Positions 39,820-50,833 of a stretch of DNA of 64,000 bases are shown piece by piece. The notes beneath the pieces were generated by a model. That model saw only the letters and a list, made by a program, of their open reading frames with translations. It was not told the origin of the DNA and searched no databases. The stretch's first letter is position 1, and each line of letters begins with the position of its first letter. The translations under genes were made by a program, and so were the position numbers. This stretch comes from Candidatus Heimdallarchaeota archaeon (GTDB taxonomy: Archaea > Asgardarchaeota > Heimdallarchaeia > JABLTI01). The DNA is taken from NCBI GenBank assembly GCA_018238155.1, contig JABCTZ010000019.1, positions 1 through 64,000 on the forward strand. Direction: 5' to 3'.

Positions 39820-40725
39820 TTGTCCAAAATTAATGCAGAAATATTAGCTACTAAAATAGCAAAGAATTATGATTATGCCTTAAAGTTAAAAGAAGATGAT
39901 ATTAGATCTCTCCTAGCAAAAATTCGTTATTTGCTAAAAAAACAACCTCTTTGTAAAAGAATTAAAACAGGAACTGTTTTAGCTGTAGGAGACATACATG
40001 GTGATTTCAATATGTTGAAAAAAGTAATCACTATTTTTCAAAAGGACAAACAAATTGATCATCTCATTTTCCTTGGAGATATTGTGGATAGGGGTTCTAA
40101 ATCAATTGCCTGTCTGAATCTGATTTTTGCATTAATTATAACACAACCGGATAGAGTTCATTTTCTTCGAGGAAATCATGAAGCAATTACTGTGAACTCT
40201 CGGTATGGTTTTGCAGATGACATTCAAGCATTTGGTGCAGATGAGAATTTATATTTGCTTTTTAATTATGTTTTTAGTGAACTTTCTTTAACACTCGTCC
40301 ATGAAGAACAAAAGATATTTTATGTTCACGGTGGAATTCCAATAAAACCTTGCTTACTAGAAGATATAGATAAACTTCCAAAAGGGGATATGCAGCTAAA
40401 TAACAAAACCATCAAACAATTACTTTGGAATGATCCTAAGAATGAAATTTCACAATACGAATATAGCATAAGAGGAGAAGGAATCTTCAACTATGGTTTA
40501 GAGCTTGTAGAGGAATTTCTAAAAATGAACAATTTAGAAATGATAGTAAGAGCTCACGAAGCGTTTTCTGATGGCTACAAATATTTCTTTGAAAAGAAAG
40601 TCCTAAGTGTCTTCACATCTGAAGAGTATTATGAATATATTAGTGCGAAAATTGCTTTTATTGATGAAAAAAGACAGATAAAGATTTTCCATCCAAGCGA
40701 TTACGAAAATGCTACAATAAGGTAA
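39820..40725 (+). CDS. PPP-family Ser/Thr protein phosphatase
   Basis: GDIHG, GDIVDRG, RGNHE, HGG, LLWNDP, RAHE. Confidence 0.9.
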   Translation: MSKINAEILATKIAKNYDYALKLKEDDIRSLLAKIRYLLKKQPLCKRIKTGTVLAVGDIHGDFNMLKKVITIFQKDKQIDHLIFLGDIVDRGSKSIACLNLIFALIITQPDRVHFLRGNHEAITVNSRYGFADDIQAFGADENLYLLFNYVFSELSLTLVHEEQKIFYVHGGIPIKPCLLEDIDKLPKGDMQLNNKTIKQLLWNDPKNEISQYEYSIRGEGIFNYGLELVEEFLKMNNLEMIVRAHEAFSDGYKYFFEKKVLSVFTSEEYYEYISAKIAFIDEKRQIKIFHPSDYENATIR

Positions 40726-40764
40726 ATCTGTTCTTTGAAAAATAGAGGAAAGAATGGTTTCGGT

Positions 40765-42678
40765 TTACAACTCCACCAAGCCGACTAACACCCACAAAAC
40801 TACTGATACAGTTGAGAGTAGTAGTATTCCTATAATATCCAATATAAATCCAACTCGAAATATTTCCTTTACACTGAAATACCCTGTTGAATAACTGATC
40901 ATCGTTGGTGGAGTACCAAATACTAATGCATAATCCACACTAGAACCAATAGCAACTATTACTGCTAACATAACAGGACTGATTCCCAAACTAATTGCAA
41001 TTGGAATAACGAGAGGAATAAGCATAGCTGCACTCGCAGTATTGCTAGCAACGGCAGTGACTAATAATGATATTCCACCAACTATTAATGCAATTATGAT
41101 GTAATGTTTTCCTTCTATAACACCCATTTTCGAAGCAATCCAATCACCAATGCCTGTACTAACTAATGCATTGCCCAACGCTAACCCTCCACCAAAAAGG
41201 AAGAGCGCATTCCAATTGATTTTCTTTACATCTTTGGGTTCAAGTGTATTGGTTCCAAAAATAAGCACTACAGCAATAATTGCTATTATACCAGAACTAA
41301 GAGCAATTCCTCCCTCTGTCGCTTTGCTAATTGGTTTTGCAAGAAGCCAGAGTGCAATGGTGAACAAGAAAATAATCACCGTTATCCATTGTTTCTTGTT
41401 CATTTTCCCCATTTTTTTCAAATCCTTCTTGAAAACAATTTGAGCATCAGCTAAACTTTCTCTCGATACTTTTGGTTTATAGACAAGAAGAAGATACCCC
41501 CAAATAATGAAAATCATAATCAATACAAATGGCAACCCAAAAGCGAACCATTTGAGGAATGAAATTTCGATACCAATATTATTCAGCCCTGCAATGGCAA
41601 TGGGATTTGCTGGCGTTCCGATAACAGAAGCGATCCCTCCTGTGGAGGCAGCATAACCTATCCCTAATACTAACGCTTTTTTGAATCCGGAAATGTCTTT
41701 CTCTCGTCCACTAGCACTTATTTGATCGACCATCGCAATAGCAATTGGAATCATTACTGCTGCACTTGCAGTATTGCTCATCCACATTGAAAGGAAAGCA
41801 GCTAATCCCATTAGAATTAGGAGTAAAAGATTGGGTCGAACAGTAGCATTTCCAACGATACCTAGAGCTAAACGGCGATCAATATTATGCTTTTTGAGCG
41901 CTTCAGCGATAATAAACCCACCAAAGAATAAGCCTATTACTGGATCAAAAAAAGGTTGCAATGCAATAGTAGTATTTGATATACCTGCAATTACCATAAC
42001 AATTGGAACGAGAAATGCTCCAACAATGGTAGGAACGATTTCAGATATCCAAAGACCTGCAACTATGACTAACAAACCTATAGCAATACCAGCTTTATAT
42101 GGAATTGCCATTGTAAAATAACCAACAGTAACCATAGCATCCAATTCGTTGCTATAAACTTTTTCAATTTTTGTAGTTCGGATTTTTCTTTCTATCCCCT
42201 CTCCTACAATTTGAGAGCTAAGGTCTGTTAAAGCAAGTGTGTTAATGGAATGTTTAGTTTCATTTAAAATACCTACACGATACTCTATTTTTGATTGAGT
42301 TGAAGATTTGAACGCTTGATTAGTTATAACGATACATGAATTTCCACTGCTCCCAAGATCAAAAATATATTCCACTTGTTGTGAGTTAGCACTAGTATCC
42401 ATTGTGATATCAAAAATAATGTTATAAGAGTCAGTACCATGAGTTACATTTAATTGAACTTGATATAATCCTGGTTTCATGTTTGAAGGACCAAGAAAGG
42501 AAGCACCAATTGAGAGACCAATAATAACAGCTGCAATAATAGAGGTTTGAATTATCTTCTTTTTTCTTACTTTTTTTTCCTCTGAAGTAAACTCTTTTTT
42601 AGATTCACTTTTTTTTATATCGCTTTTAGTTTCAAGTTCCAAATTTTCATTGTCTATTTGTGATGCTTCTTTTGACAT
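40765..42678 (-). CDS. DASS/SLC13 family anion transporter
   Basis: SMWMSNTA, GTPAN, SNTASAA, GTPP. Confidence 0.9.
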   Translation of the reverse strand: MSKEASQIDNENLELETKSDIKKSESKKEFTSEEKKVRKKKIIQTSIIAAVIIGLSIGASFLGPSNMKPGLYQVQLNVTHGTDSYNIIFDITMDTSANSQQVEYIFDLGSSGNSCIVITNQAFKSSTQSKIEYRVGILNETKHSINTLALTDLSSQIVGEGIERKIRTTKIEKVYSNELDAMVTVGYFTMAIPYKAGIAIGLLVIVAGLWISEIVPTIVGAFLVPIVMVIAGISNTTIALQPFFDPVIGLFFGGFIIAEALKKHNIDRRLALGIVGNATVRPNLLLLILMGLAAFLSMWMSNTASAAVMIPIAIAMVDQISASGREKDISGFKKALVLGIGYAASTGGIASVIGTPANPIAIAGLNNIGIEISFLKWFAFGLPFVLIMIFIIWGYLLLVYKPKVSRESLADAQIVFKKDLKKMGKMNKKQWITVIIFLFTIALWLLAKPISKATEGGIALSSGIIAIIAVVLIFGTNTLEPKDVKKINWNALFLFGGGLALGNALVSTGIGDWIASKMGVIEGKHYIIIALIVGGISLLVTAVASNTASAAMLIPLVIPIAISLGISPVMLAVIVAIGSSVDYALVFGTPPTMISYSTGYFSVKEIFRVGFILDIIGILLLSTVSVVLWVLVGLVEL

Positions 42679-42816
42679 ATTTTTATCCTCTTTCGATTTT
42701 CTCGAAATATTCGTTGAAGTTTTTTTTCTACAAATAATTAGTCAAAAAATGTTACCTATATAATTCTAGCGGAATGTGTCAAATAGTCTTCTGTTAACTC
42801 TCTTATGAGTTATTCT

Positions 42817-43578
42817 TTATGCTGCAAAGTAATATGTAAGCAATAGTGCAATAAAGAGGATTACTGGTAATCCTGTTGAGATTGTTGCTTCAATCCATGA
42901 GAAATTGTTTACTGGTTTCACCATAAAGACGATGTATACTCCGGAAATTATGAACCCTAAGATATTAATGATTAATCCAAAGATGCCTGCAAAGGAATTT
43001 CGGAATCCAGTCATTGTAAATAAAACATCGCTAAAATTGAAGATATTTGTTCTATTCCATGGTAAAGCAATAATGTACAAAATAGCATTGAATAATGATG
43101 CTAAAGTAAGTGGTAACATACCATAACCTACGACCCCTCGAATCTGTTTTCTTGAAGCTTTACTTCCAAGGAGTCGAGCAGTAGTACGAATAGCAAAGCT
43201 ACCAAATAACCATAAAGACAAAGGAAGTAACATTGAAAAAATCCACATGAAAATAAAAATGATTGGTAATCTCCAGCTGAAGAAATAATTATGCATCAAT
43301 AGAGCGAAAACTTGCAAAGCTATCCCAAAAGCAATTGCAAAGATAAAAAGAATAACTCCTTTTGAATCTGGATTACTTGAAATATCTTGAAAAGCAGATC
43401 GAGGTTTTGTCAACAATGACTTGATTCGACCCCAAACTTCTTTGTAACCAACTGGAGGAAAGATTTTGGTTTCATAGATGGTAGTTAGATCTGCTCCACA
43501 AAAAGGACACAACAAGTATCCTTGGGGAGCGTTTTCTTTGCAAATGGGGCATTGGATTAAAGCTTCATCAGTACTCAT
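42817..43578 (-). CDS. Zinc-ribbon plus Yip1-domain membrane protein
   Basis: CPIC...CPFC; L..P...F; about 5 TM segments; GY..LP. Confidence 0.75.
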   Translation of the reverse strand: MSTDEALIQCPICKENAPQGYLLCPFCGADLTTIYETKIFPPVGYKEVWGRIKSLLTKPRSAFQDISSNPDSKGVILFIFAIAFGIALQVFALLMHNYFFSWRLPIIFIFMWIFSMLLPLSLWLFGSFAIRTTARLLGSKASRKQIRGVVGYGMLPLTLASLFNAILYIIALPWNRTNIFNFSDVLFTMTGFRNSFAGIFGLIINILGFIISGVYIVFMVKPVNNFSWIEATISTGLPVILFIALLLTYYFAA

Positions 43579-43705
43579 AATTTTCTGCTCCGTGAGAAGA
43601 ATTTTTTTTAATATAGAATCAAGAGCTCTAAAACCTAATAATCATTTCGATTTGGGTCGAAAAGGATTATCTTTTTAAGCGAATAAAAACGATGTTTGAC
43701 TCTAA

Positions 43706-44359
43706 TTGGTGATTAAAATGAAGAAAATTCTTTTGACGGGCTTTGGTCCTTTTGGAAAAGACTCCATTAATCCTGCTTTATTAGTTGTTCAAGAATTAGA
43801 TAACCAAAAGCTAATTCTAAACAAAGGGAGAAATAATTCTGAAGTAAAAATAGTTTCAAAAGAGCTACCTGTTGTTTTTAGTAAAACAATTAATGAATTT
43901 ATTACCATCGTTGAGACCACTAATCCCGACTTGATTCTCTCAATTGGACAAGCAGGAGGTAGAATGGGTATATCTCTTGAACGAATAGGCATCAATGTAG
44001 CCGATGCAGATATTATTGATAATGAGAAAAACAAACCAAGAGATGAACCAATAATCCGACATGGTCCTGCAGCATACTTTACTACAATAAATATTCGACA
44101 GACCTTTCATGCAATAAAAGAAGCAGGTATTCCTGTAATGATATCAAATTCTGCCGGAACATTCGTTTGTAACAACCTAATATATGGAGCCTTACACTTC
44201 TTTGCTTCTAGTAAAAAATTTACAAAAACTAAATATGGTTTTATTCATATCCCCTATCTTCCTAAACAAGCTGCAGAAAAGAAGAAGATCACTCCTTCTA
44301 TGTCCTTATCTTTAATTAAAAAAGCGATTCTTATTGCAATAAAAGCAAATTTAGGTTAG
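43706..44359 (+). CDS. pcp: Pyroglutamyl-peptidase I
   Basis: LTGFGPF, GQAGGR, ER, SAGTFVCN, GFIHIP. Confidence 0.95.
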   Translation: MVIKMKKILLTGFGPFGKDSINPALLVVQELDNQKLILNKGRNNSEVKIVSKELPVVFSKTINEFITIVETTNPDLILSIGQAGGRMGISLERIGINVADADIIDNEKNKPRDEPIIRHGPAAYFTTINIRQTFHAIKEAGIPVMISNSAGTFVCNNLIYGALHFFASSKKFTKTKYGFIHIPYLPKQAAEKKKITPSMSLSLIKKAILIAIKANLG

Positions 44360-44418
44360 CTTTTCAAACATACGCATCTTATTTTTTTTATACTTGGAGG
44401 AATACTCTGTAGAATACA

Positions 44419-47343
44419 ATGCTTTCAAAGGCTCGTTTTAAAAGACTCTTCGTCTATTGCATTGTAATTCTTCTAATTACAATAATTTATTTTGACTCGA
44501 TGAATAGTATTAATTTTTCAAAAACTTCCTATCAACCCACTTCTAAGGAAGAACATTTCAATAATAATTTTCTAAACTATGCTAAAGATCAACAGAAAAA
44601 AGCAACTAATTTTCTGGGGAGTGGAAATATCGTTATTAATTCAATTGTCATAGAGGATAATGTTATTTTAAAAGGCGAAAACGCAAAAGCATCAATCAAT
44701 TTGGAAAACGAAATTGCCACTTCAGATATTTCACTCCTCCTTACTCTTGTTAGCATTCCATCAAAATATGGTCTTGAATATTTTCAAGATGCAAATACAG
44801 ATGGAGAACTTGAATCATTAGAACTAGAAATTTATATTGAAGATTTTTGTTCATCTCTAAGTGCACACGAGGTATTTACGAAAGAAATTACTTTTGGACC
44901 CGATTTCGATGAAGGTTTAGTGAATGCTCATGCATTAATTCCTCTGAATCGTGGTTCTTGGCAAATAATTGCTATTGCATTTACTTCTGCAGAAGGTGAA
45001 AGCTCATATACACTTGAGGATTCTCTTATTGTTCATGTGTCTTTTAATCCAGATGAACATATTGTTTTAGCTTATTTTGTTCATGATGACATTCCTACAT
45101 TTTCAAATGGAAAAACAGTACGAGATTCTGTTGATCAAGCTGTTGAGAGATTGGAAAACAACTATGCTTTTAGTATTAACATCGAAGTTTTAGTTGAAGA
45201 TACAGAGTGGCAACCGGATATCTCACTTATAAATAACAGTCAGATGATTGCAGATGCTTGGACCCATGTCGGCAAAAAACTCGGATTGAAGGATGAAACA
45301 TGGGATCATTTACATGATTTTGATTTAGTTACAGGTCTTTGGACAACTACCAAACCAATGAACGGTGGTTATGATATTCTCATTACTGTTTCAGATCGTC
45401 CTGGTGATTCCCTTGGCATTGCAGCTTATTGTGGGAATTGGGCATATGTTAGTGGTGGTCGTTATAATCTTCTCAATTACCATATAAGTCAAAATCAATT
45501 TGATAATATTATTCAACATGAACTGTCACACGTCTTTGGTGCTTTAGATCGTTCGCATTCAAATACAATAATGGATACAGAATTAATTTATACTGGATCA
45601 GAATTCACTTCACCTTGTCTTGAAGAGATCAACTATTTGTCTATTGATATTTCACATATGAAATATCATTCGATTCGATTTGATGGGCCCCCAAATCCAA
45701 CTTTTCCTTTTACTTTGGAACAAGAGAAAACTCTATCAACAATTTTCAATACAAAATGGATTGCCCCAAAATTAGCTCAATCAAAAAATAATAGCTATCC
45801 ATTGTTACATTCAGTTGCAGGTATAAAGTATGGAAACAATAAGATTGTATTATATCATAGCAGTTCATATAACGGTGATTGGAATAACTATCAACAAATA
45901 TCCACATCAAATCAAAATGCCTCTAATGCGGAGCTTACAATTGATGCAAAAGGAAATCTACATCTAATTTGGATTGTACATAATGATAGTGATTCTTCAA
46001 GTCATCTTTATTATAGAAATAGAACTAATACTGGTTCTTGGCGACCTATTGAAATTTTAGAAAACGAAACGATAATAAGAGATGTTAAGATCTCTGCTGA
46101 TGGGGTTGGCAATGTTTTCCTTATTTACACCAAAGAAAATGAAACCGTTTCGGAAATCTATTATAGAACTAGAAACTATGGTGATTGGACTGCACCCCAA
46201 AAACTACTTACTGGGTCTACACAGTCAAAAAAACCAACAATACATTTCGATAAAAATAATGATTTGCACATTTTATGGTATGAAAGAGATTTAGTAAACA
46301 CACAAAACAAACTTTACTATATTATTCGTGATAATAGCTCATTATTTAGTACAAAAGAATTACTATTTACTGGAAGTTCAAGTGCAAATTTGATTAATTT
46401 ACAAGTGCTATACAATGATGAACTTTCTATTGTTCATTATCTTTGGGCGGAAATAACTGATAGTCAGCGTTCGCTCTTTTATTGTGAAAAATTCAATAAT
46501 GGAACACTCTCTGATATTGATCTCTTATTTCATGATAATGAGACTGCTGCATGTAATGCCAGATTTATTGTAACGATTGATGCAAAAGTCTTGGTCGTCT
46601 GGGAAGATTTGAATAAATATCATAATCAAACGTTTCTACTTTATAGAGGAAAGTTAGCAAACTCTGATTGGTCATTTACTAATAGATTCTCCCCAGTAGA
46701 GAAGAGTTATTCTTATCCATACTTGTTGTACGATGAAGAGTTTGATGAAATTCGTTTTATTTACAGTACGAATGAGTTTTCCTATTCCTCCTCTGAACTT
46801 TATTCAAGAATAATTTATAGAACAATCTATCTCAAAAATTTTCAGATATCAGTACAAGATTTTAACTTCACTGCAACTATTGATTTGAATTCAGAATCAA
46901 TATTTTTCAGTTTTGAAAACATTCAAGCCTACTCTAATTTTACAAATATCGGTCTTCTAGATGAAATAGGAAAAACAAAAGTCCATAGCTTTGGTATAAT
47001 GCGAATTGATGAAGTTCTACCTCTAAGTCGAGGAATACTGACGTTAAATTCTTCTTCTGGAACTTGGTTTAGTTCAGCTACAGTTACTGATGTTCAACCT
47101 GGAGAATATTATGTTGTGGTAGCTTTTATGGATTCAGAGAATATCTATTCGGGTCAATTTAACTCGTTCAACTCTTTCATAATTGAGGGAGAGGAAAATG
47201 AAGAAGAAAATCCCCCTTCGAATAAACTGAAAATTCTAATTATATCTCTATCAATTGGTATCCCCGTTATTTTAACTGGCACTATAGTACCGACTGTTTT
47301 AATACTAAAGAAAAGAAAAAAGTATTCATCAACTGAATCTTAA
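44419..47343 (+). CDS. Secreted membrane-anchored zinc metalloprotease (HExxH) with beta-propeller region
   Basis: QHELSHVFGALD...IM Met-turn; LH..W repeats; C-terminal TM. Confidence 0.7.
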   Translation: MLSKARFKRLFVYCIVILLITIIYFDSMNSINFSKTSYQPTSKEEHFNNNFLNYAKDQQKKATNFLGSGNIVINSIVIEDNVILKGENAKASINLENEIATSDISLLLTLVSIPSKYGLEYFQDANTDGELESLELEIYIEDFCSSLSAHEVFTKEITFGPDFDEGLVNAHALIPLNRGSWQIIAIAFTSAEGESSYTLEDSLIVHVSFNPDEHIVLAYFVHDDIPTFSNGKTVRDSVDQAVERLENNYAFSINIEVLVEDTEWQPDISLINNSQMIADAWTHVGKKLGLKDETWDHLHDFDLVTGLWTTTKPMNGGYDILITVSDRPGDSLGIAAYCGNWAYVSGGRYNLLNYHISQNQFDNIIQHELSHVFGALDRSHSNTIMDTELIYTGSEFTSPCLEEINYLSIDISHMKYHSIRFDGPPNPTFPFTLEQEKTLSTIFNTKWIAPKLAQSKNNSYPLLHSVAGIKYGNNKIVLYHSSSYNGDWNNYQQISTSNQNASNAELTIDAKGNLHLIWIVHNDSDSSSHLYYRNRTNTGSWRPIEILENETIIRDVKISADGVGNVFLIYTKENETVSEIYYRTRNYGDWTAPQKLLTGSTQSKKPTIHFDKNNDLHILWYERDLVNTQNKLYYIIRDNSSLFSTKELLFTGSSSANLINLQVLYNDELSIVHYLWAEITDSQRSLFYCEKFNNGTLSDIDLLFHDNETAACNARFIVTIDAKVLVVWEDLNKYHNQTFLLYRGKLANSDWSFTNRFSPVEKSYSYPYLLYDEEFDEIRFIYSTNEFSYSSSELYSRIIYRTIYLKNFQISVQDFNFTATIDLNSESIFFSFENIQAYSNFTNIGLLDEIGKTKVHSFGIMRIDEVLPLSRGILTLNSSSGTWFSSATVTDVQPGEYYVVVAFMDSENIYSGQFNSFNSFIIEGEENEEENPPSNKLKILIISLSIGIPVILTGTIVPTVLILKKRKKYSSTES

Positions 47344-48044
47344 ACAGTTAATGAAACAATTATTTGTTCTGGTGTTATCCCTTGAATTACATCAGTTACA
47401 ACAACAGGTACATTATAAACATAGGTTCCATTGTAATAATTGACAGTTGGTGTTCCGTTAACTGTAACATCTGCATATCCAAGATTATTTGTTCCATAAT
47501 TGGTCTCATAATAGAAATTAATTATTGTTGAAGAAGCTGTATTGGTGTACTCAATTGTATATTTATTATCATATTGCAATTCTGTATCTATTGATAGATA
47601 ATTACACTCTAAATAGATATCAATATTGGCTCTTATAGAAATAAATCCATTACCTTTTGCCACTTCAATTGGTAAGGTAATTGGTACAATTTCATTAATT
47701 TCCAAAACAGCGAAATACCCTTTTGCCAAGATTTGACTTTCAGCGAAGTCCAACCAATTTTGAAGTATTGTACCTGCTGTTATGTTGCTGTTAATAACTG
47801 TAGCTATTTGAGAATAATTTGTAAGCATTCCATTCATGAAAGCATTGGTTTCAGTTTTGAAATTATCGTATGTAGCTTGAAATTCGTTGAGTTCAGTAGT
47901 TCGACTATATTGTGTTACATTTAATTCATAAACGATAGTTATGAATGAAAGCATGTAAATAGTTATTATTATCGTACAAATTAAGAAAATTTGTGCTTTG
48001 TTGTTTTTCCGTAAATTTTTCTTAATATTAAGTAACCAATTCAT
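47340..48044 (-). CDS. Archaeal pilin-like protein (class III signal peptide)
   Basis: NKAQ|IFL followed by a hydrophobic helix. Confidence 0.65.
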   Translation of the reverse strand: MNWLLNIKKNLRKNNKAQIFLICTIIITIYMLSFITIVYELNVTQYSRTTELNEFQATYDNFKTETNAFMNGMLTNYSQIATVINSNITAGTILQNWLDFAESQILAKGYFAVLEINEIVPITLPIEVAKGNGFISIRANIDIYLECNYLSIDTELQYDNKYTIEYTNTASSTIINFYYETNYGTNNLGYADVTVNGTPTVNYYNGTYVYNVPVVVTDVIQGITPEQIIVSLTV

Positions 48045-48051
48045 TTTACAT

Positions 48052-48504
48052 TCACCCTATGATTCTCCAAAGCTCAAGGTGAATAGTTCGATAATGAGAT
48101 AAATTATCACCTTCACCATAAATGAAATAATTTGTAACTCCAACTGAACTTCCAATTGGAGGAGTTCTGTCCCAATAAATTTGGAATTGTGTGGATTCAG
48201 TACTATCTTCAACTGATAATCGCCAAATAATATTTTCTGGAAGTGCTTCATTTAAACTCTCAGCTAATTCTAGAGTTTGAGCATTAAAAACTAATGATTT
48301 TAAATCACCTGCTACATTCAAAGATTCTAAGGCATTATGCCCTATATCAGAAAGATCATCTTGATAGCTAGGTAATGAAGTAAATTCAACTTGATAAATT
48401 GCAACCATTAGGAGGATTAGCACCGTTAGGGCAATGAAAACTTCTAGAAGGAATAATTGTCCTTTCTTATTTCTTAAATTAGTAGTTTGTTTTATTCTGG
48501 CCAT
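48052..48504 (-). CDS. Archaeal pilin-like protein (class III signal peptide)
   Basis: KKGQ|LFLLE followed by a hydrophobic helix. Confidence 0.7.
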   Translation of the reverse strand: MARIKQTTNLRNKKGQLFLLEVFIALTVLILLMVAIYQVEFTSLPSYQDDLSDIGHNALESLNVAGDLKSLVFNAQTLELAESLNEALPENIIWRLSVEDSTESTQFQIYWDRTPPIGSSVGVTNYFIYGEGDNLSHYRTIHLELWRIIG

Positions 48505-49586
48505 ATATAAAACACCGCCTTAAATATGCATTGTCTAATGATTACTAGTTTTTCTGTTTTGAAAACCTCAACGTTATTTGGTAATGTATCATCACCAAAT
48601 ATTGTTCCGAATTTATTGCTTAATTGTGATGGGAAAACGAAATATTTTCTAGTGTATTCACTTGCACCATTTATTCCAGTTAAGAGAGTTACACATGTTC
48701 CATTAGTTGGCAATCTTAAACTAAGAATTTCATTTGTTGTTGGTGATGCGATGGTAACAGATTCGTTTCCAAACTTTTCTTCTCCAATTTTATAAGGAAA
48801 CAGATTAATTGCTCTTAATGAAACCAAAGTTCCATCATTTTCTGTTGTTATTGAAGCTAATCCATTATTCTTTTCTTGTTCTTGAACTAAGAGTTTTAGT
48901 CCCATGTAAGTTTCAGGTCCAATAACACCATTTTGTACATCTACTGCAAAACAACCTTCTCTACTTTGTGCAAATATAACCAATGTATAGAACCCATTGG
49001 GTGATGCAGCTAATGTAAAAGTGTTGCTTAATTTACCCGTGCTATCTGTGACTGATCTATTTGTATAAAGAATAGTGCCAGATGGTCCCACTAAGAAACT
49101 CCAAACAGTACAATTTTCTACAGTAGTACTAATATCAATAGTTGCTGTAGGTAGGGAAAGTGTAAATATACCATTAACATCAAATATTGATTCAATATGT
49201 AATTGAAATCCAAAATTTCTCTCTTGTGATAAATTACCTTTCAAATTGTTATAATCGAGAAAATATAATCCTTTGGAGTTAATACGAGATAGCTTATTTG
49301 CATCAAGATTTGTGCTACCAATCTCTCGTAATCCGAATGAATTAAACCGAGTTGTTAAATTGTATTCCCAATGAGATGGATACCCAGTACTACCGAAAAA
49401 CATCTCTGATATTTGACTTGCTTGAGATTGAAAAGCTTGATCATCCAAATTTTGAAATTTCGGTTCAATATAGGATAATGATAGTACGATAACTTCTGCA
49501 AACATAATCATAAAAATAACCATTGCCAGAGCGAAGTCAACACCCTGAATTTGTCCTTTCTTATTTCGCCAAATTGATTGCTTCAA
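48492..49586 (-). CDS. Archaeal pilin-like protein (class III signal peptide)
   Basis: KKGQ|IQGVDF, G.P..W, GL. Confidence 0.7.
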   Translation of the reverse strand: MKQSIWRNKKGQIQGVDFALAMVIFMIMFAEVIVLSLSYIEPKFQNLDDQAFQSQASQISEMFFGSTGYPSHWEYNLTTRFNSFGLREIGSTNLDANKLSRINSKGLYFLDYNNLKGNLSQERNFGFQLHIESIFDVNGIFTLSLPTATIDISTTVENCTVWSFLVGPSGTILYTNRSVTDSTGKLSNTFTLAASPNGFYTLVIFAQSREGCFAVDVQNGVIGPETYMGLKLLVQEQEKNNGLASITTENDGTLVSLRAINLFPYKIGEEKFGNESVTIASPTTNEILSLRLPTNGTCVTLLTGINGASEYTRKYFVFPSQLSNKFGTIFGDDTLPNNVEVFKTEKLVIIRQCIFKAVFYIWPE

Positions 49587-49935
49587 ATCAAATTACACCT
49601 CAACAACTGTATGTTTTCTATAGAGAATCTCTTGGTATTAAATAAGTCATTATTTTAACTCTAAAATCTTTTTGCTTGGTATTAATTAACTAATACTATG
49701 TAACTTTCCTCTAAATAACTTAAGTATTTCTAAGATGGATGAGAGGAAAAAACATCAATCTTTTTTATAAAATTAGCGTGGAAAAAATAAATAATACTAA
49801 AAGGGGAAATATAGTAGAAACAGAGAATTTATTTATCATTAAACTCTTAAATAATCACTAGAGAAATTTTAGACTTATTTCCCGAATTAATATTTATTTA
49901 AAGTCTGCATAATTTCATTTAGTGAGGAAAAATCG

Positions 49936-50829
49936 ATGCCAAAAGTTACGCAAAAAACCCAGAATCTCATTTGGGGAATATCGGTTAGTGTTGGAGTGCT
50001 AATGGCTACATTAGCTGCTCTTGTTTGGTTTGAAATATTTAATTCTGGTCCAATTACTGCAAGTGACTTTATAGCATTTGCAATACTATTTACAATAACA
50101 CCTCCATCAATTGCTGTATATATTGATGAAATTTGGAGAAGTGGAATTGATTCAAATTTACCCAATCTTCTCAGAGATATAGCTGATGCTCAAAGAACAG
50201 GATTATCTCTTCCAAGAGCAGTCACAGAATCCTCTAAGAGAAATTATGGTCCTCTTACTCCAGAGCTTAAAAAAATGGCTGCAAAAATCTCCTGGGGCAT
50301 TCCTTTTGATCAAGCTATGCGCTCTTTCACTGATGTTGCAGATACCGAACTAAATAATAGATCATCAATTCTGATACTGGAAGCTCAGCGGTCTGGTGGA
50401 GTTATTGAAGATATTTTTGAATCTGCACAAAAACATGTTGAAGATATATTAGGACTAAGAAAAGAACGTCTCGGTCAAATGAGACCATATATTTGGATAA
50501 TTTATGCTGCATTCATTATTTTCCTTCTGGTAATCGTAGTTCTGTTTCAGACATTCTTCTACCCAATGGCTTTAATGTATGAAAATTTCCAAGATAGTGG
50601 ACTTGGAGGAGTACAAATGGGTCTACCACCAACAGTACTTGAATCATATAAAACACTCTTCTTGCACATGACTATGATTGAGGGTCTTTTCAGTGGTTTA
50701 GTAGCTGGAAAAATGGGTGAAGGAAAAGCAAAAGCTGGTTTGAAGCATTCTACAATAATGGTTCTTATTGGTTGGATTACTTATAAATTGACAATTGAAT
50801 TACAAATCATTGTTATCCCTATAGGTTGA
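49936..50829 (+). CDS. Type IV pilus/T2SS F-family membrane platform protein (TadC/FlaJ-like)
   Basis: LP..LRD.A....G..L..A, YG.L..E, SGG, GL.AGKM.EG...AGLKH. Confidence 0.85.
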   Translation: MPKVTQKTQNLIWGISVSVGVLMATLAALVWFEIFNSGPITASDFIAFAILFTITPPSIAVYIDEIWRSGIDSNLPNLLRDIADAQRTGLSLPRAVTESSKRNYGPLTPELKKMAAKISWGIPFDQAMRSFTDVADTELNNRSSILILEAQRSGGVIEDIFESAQKHVEDILGLRKERLGQMRPYIWIIYAAFIIFLLVIVVLFQTFFYPMALMYENFQDSGLGGVQMGLPPTVLESYKTLFLHMTMIEGLFSGLVAGKMGEGKAKAGLKHSTIMVLIGWITYKLTIELQIIVIPIG

Positions 50830-50833
50830 AAAG

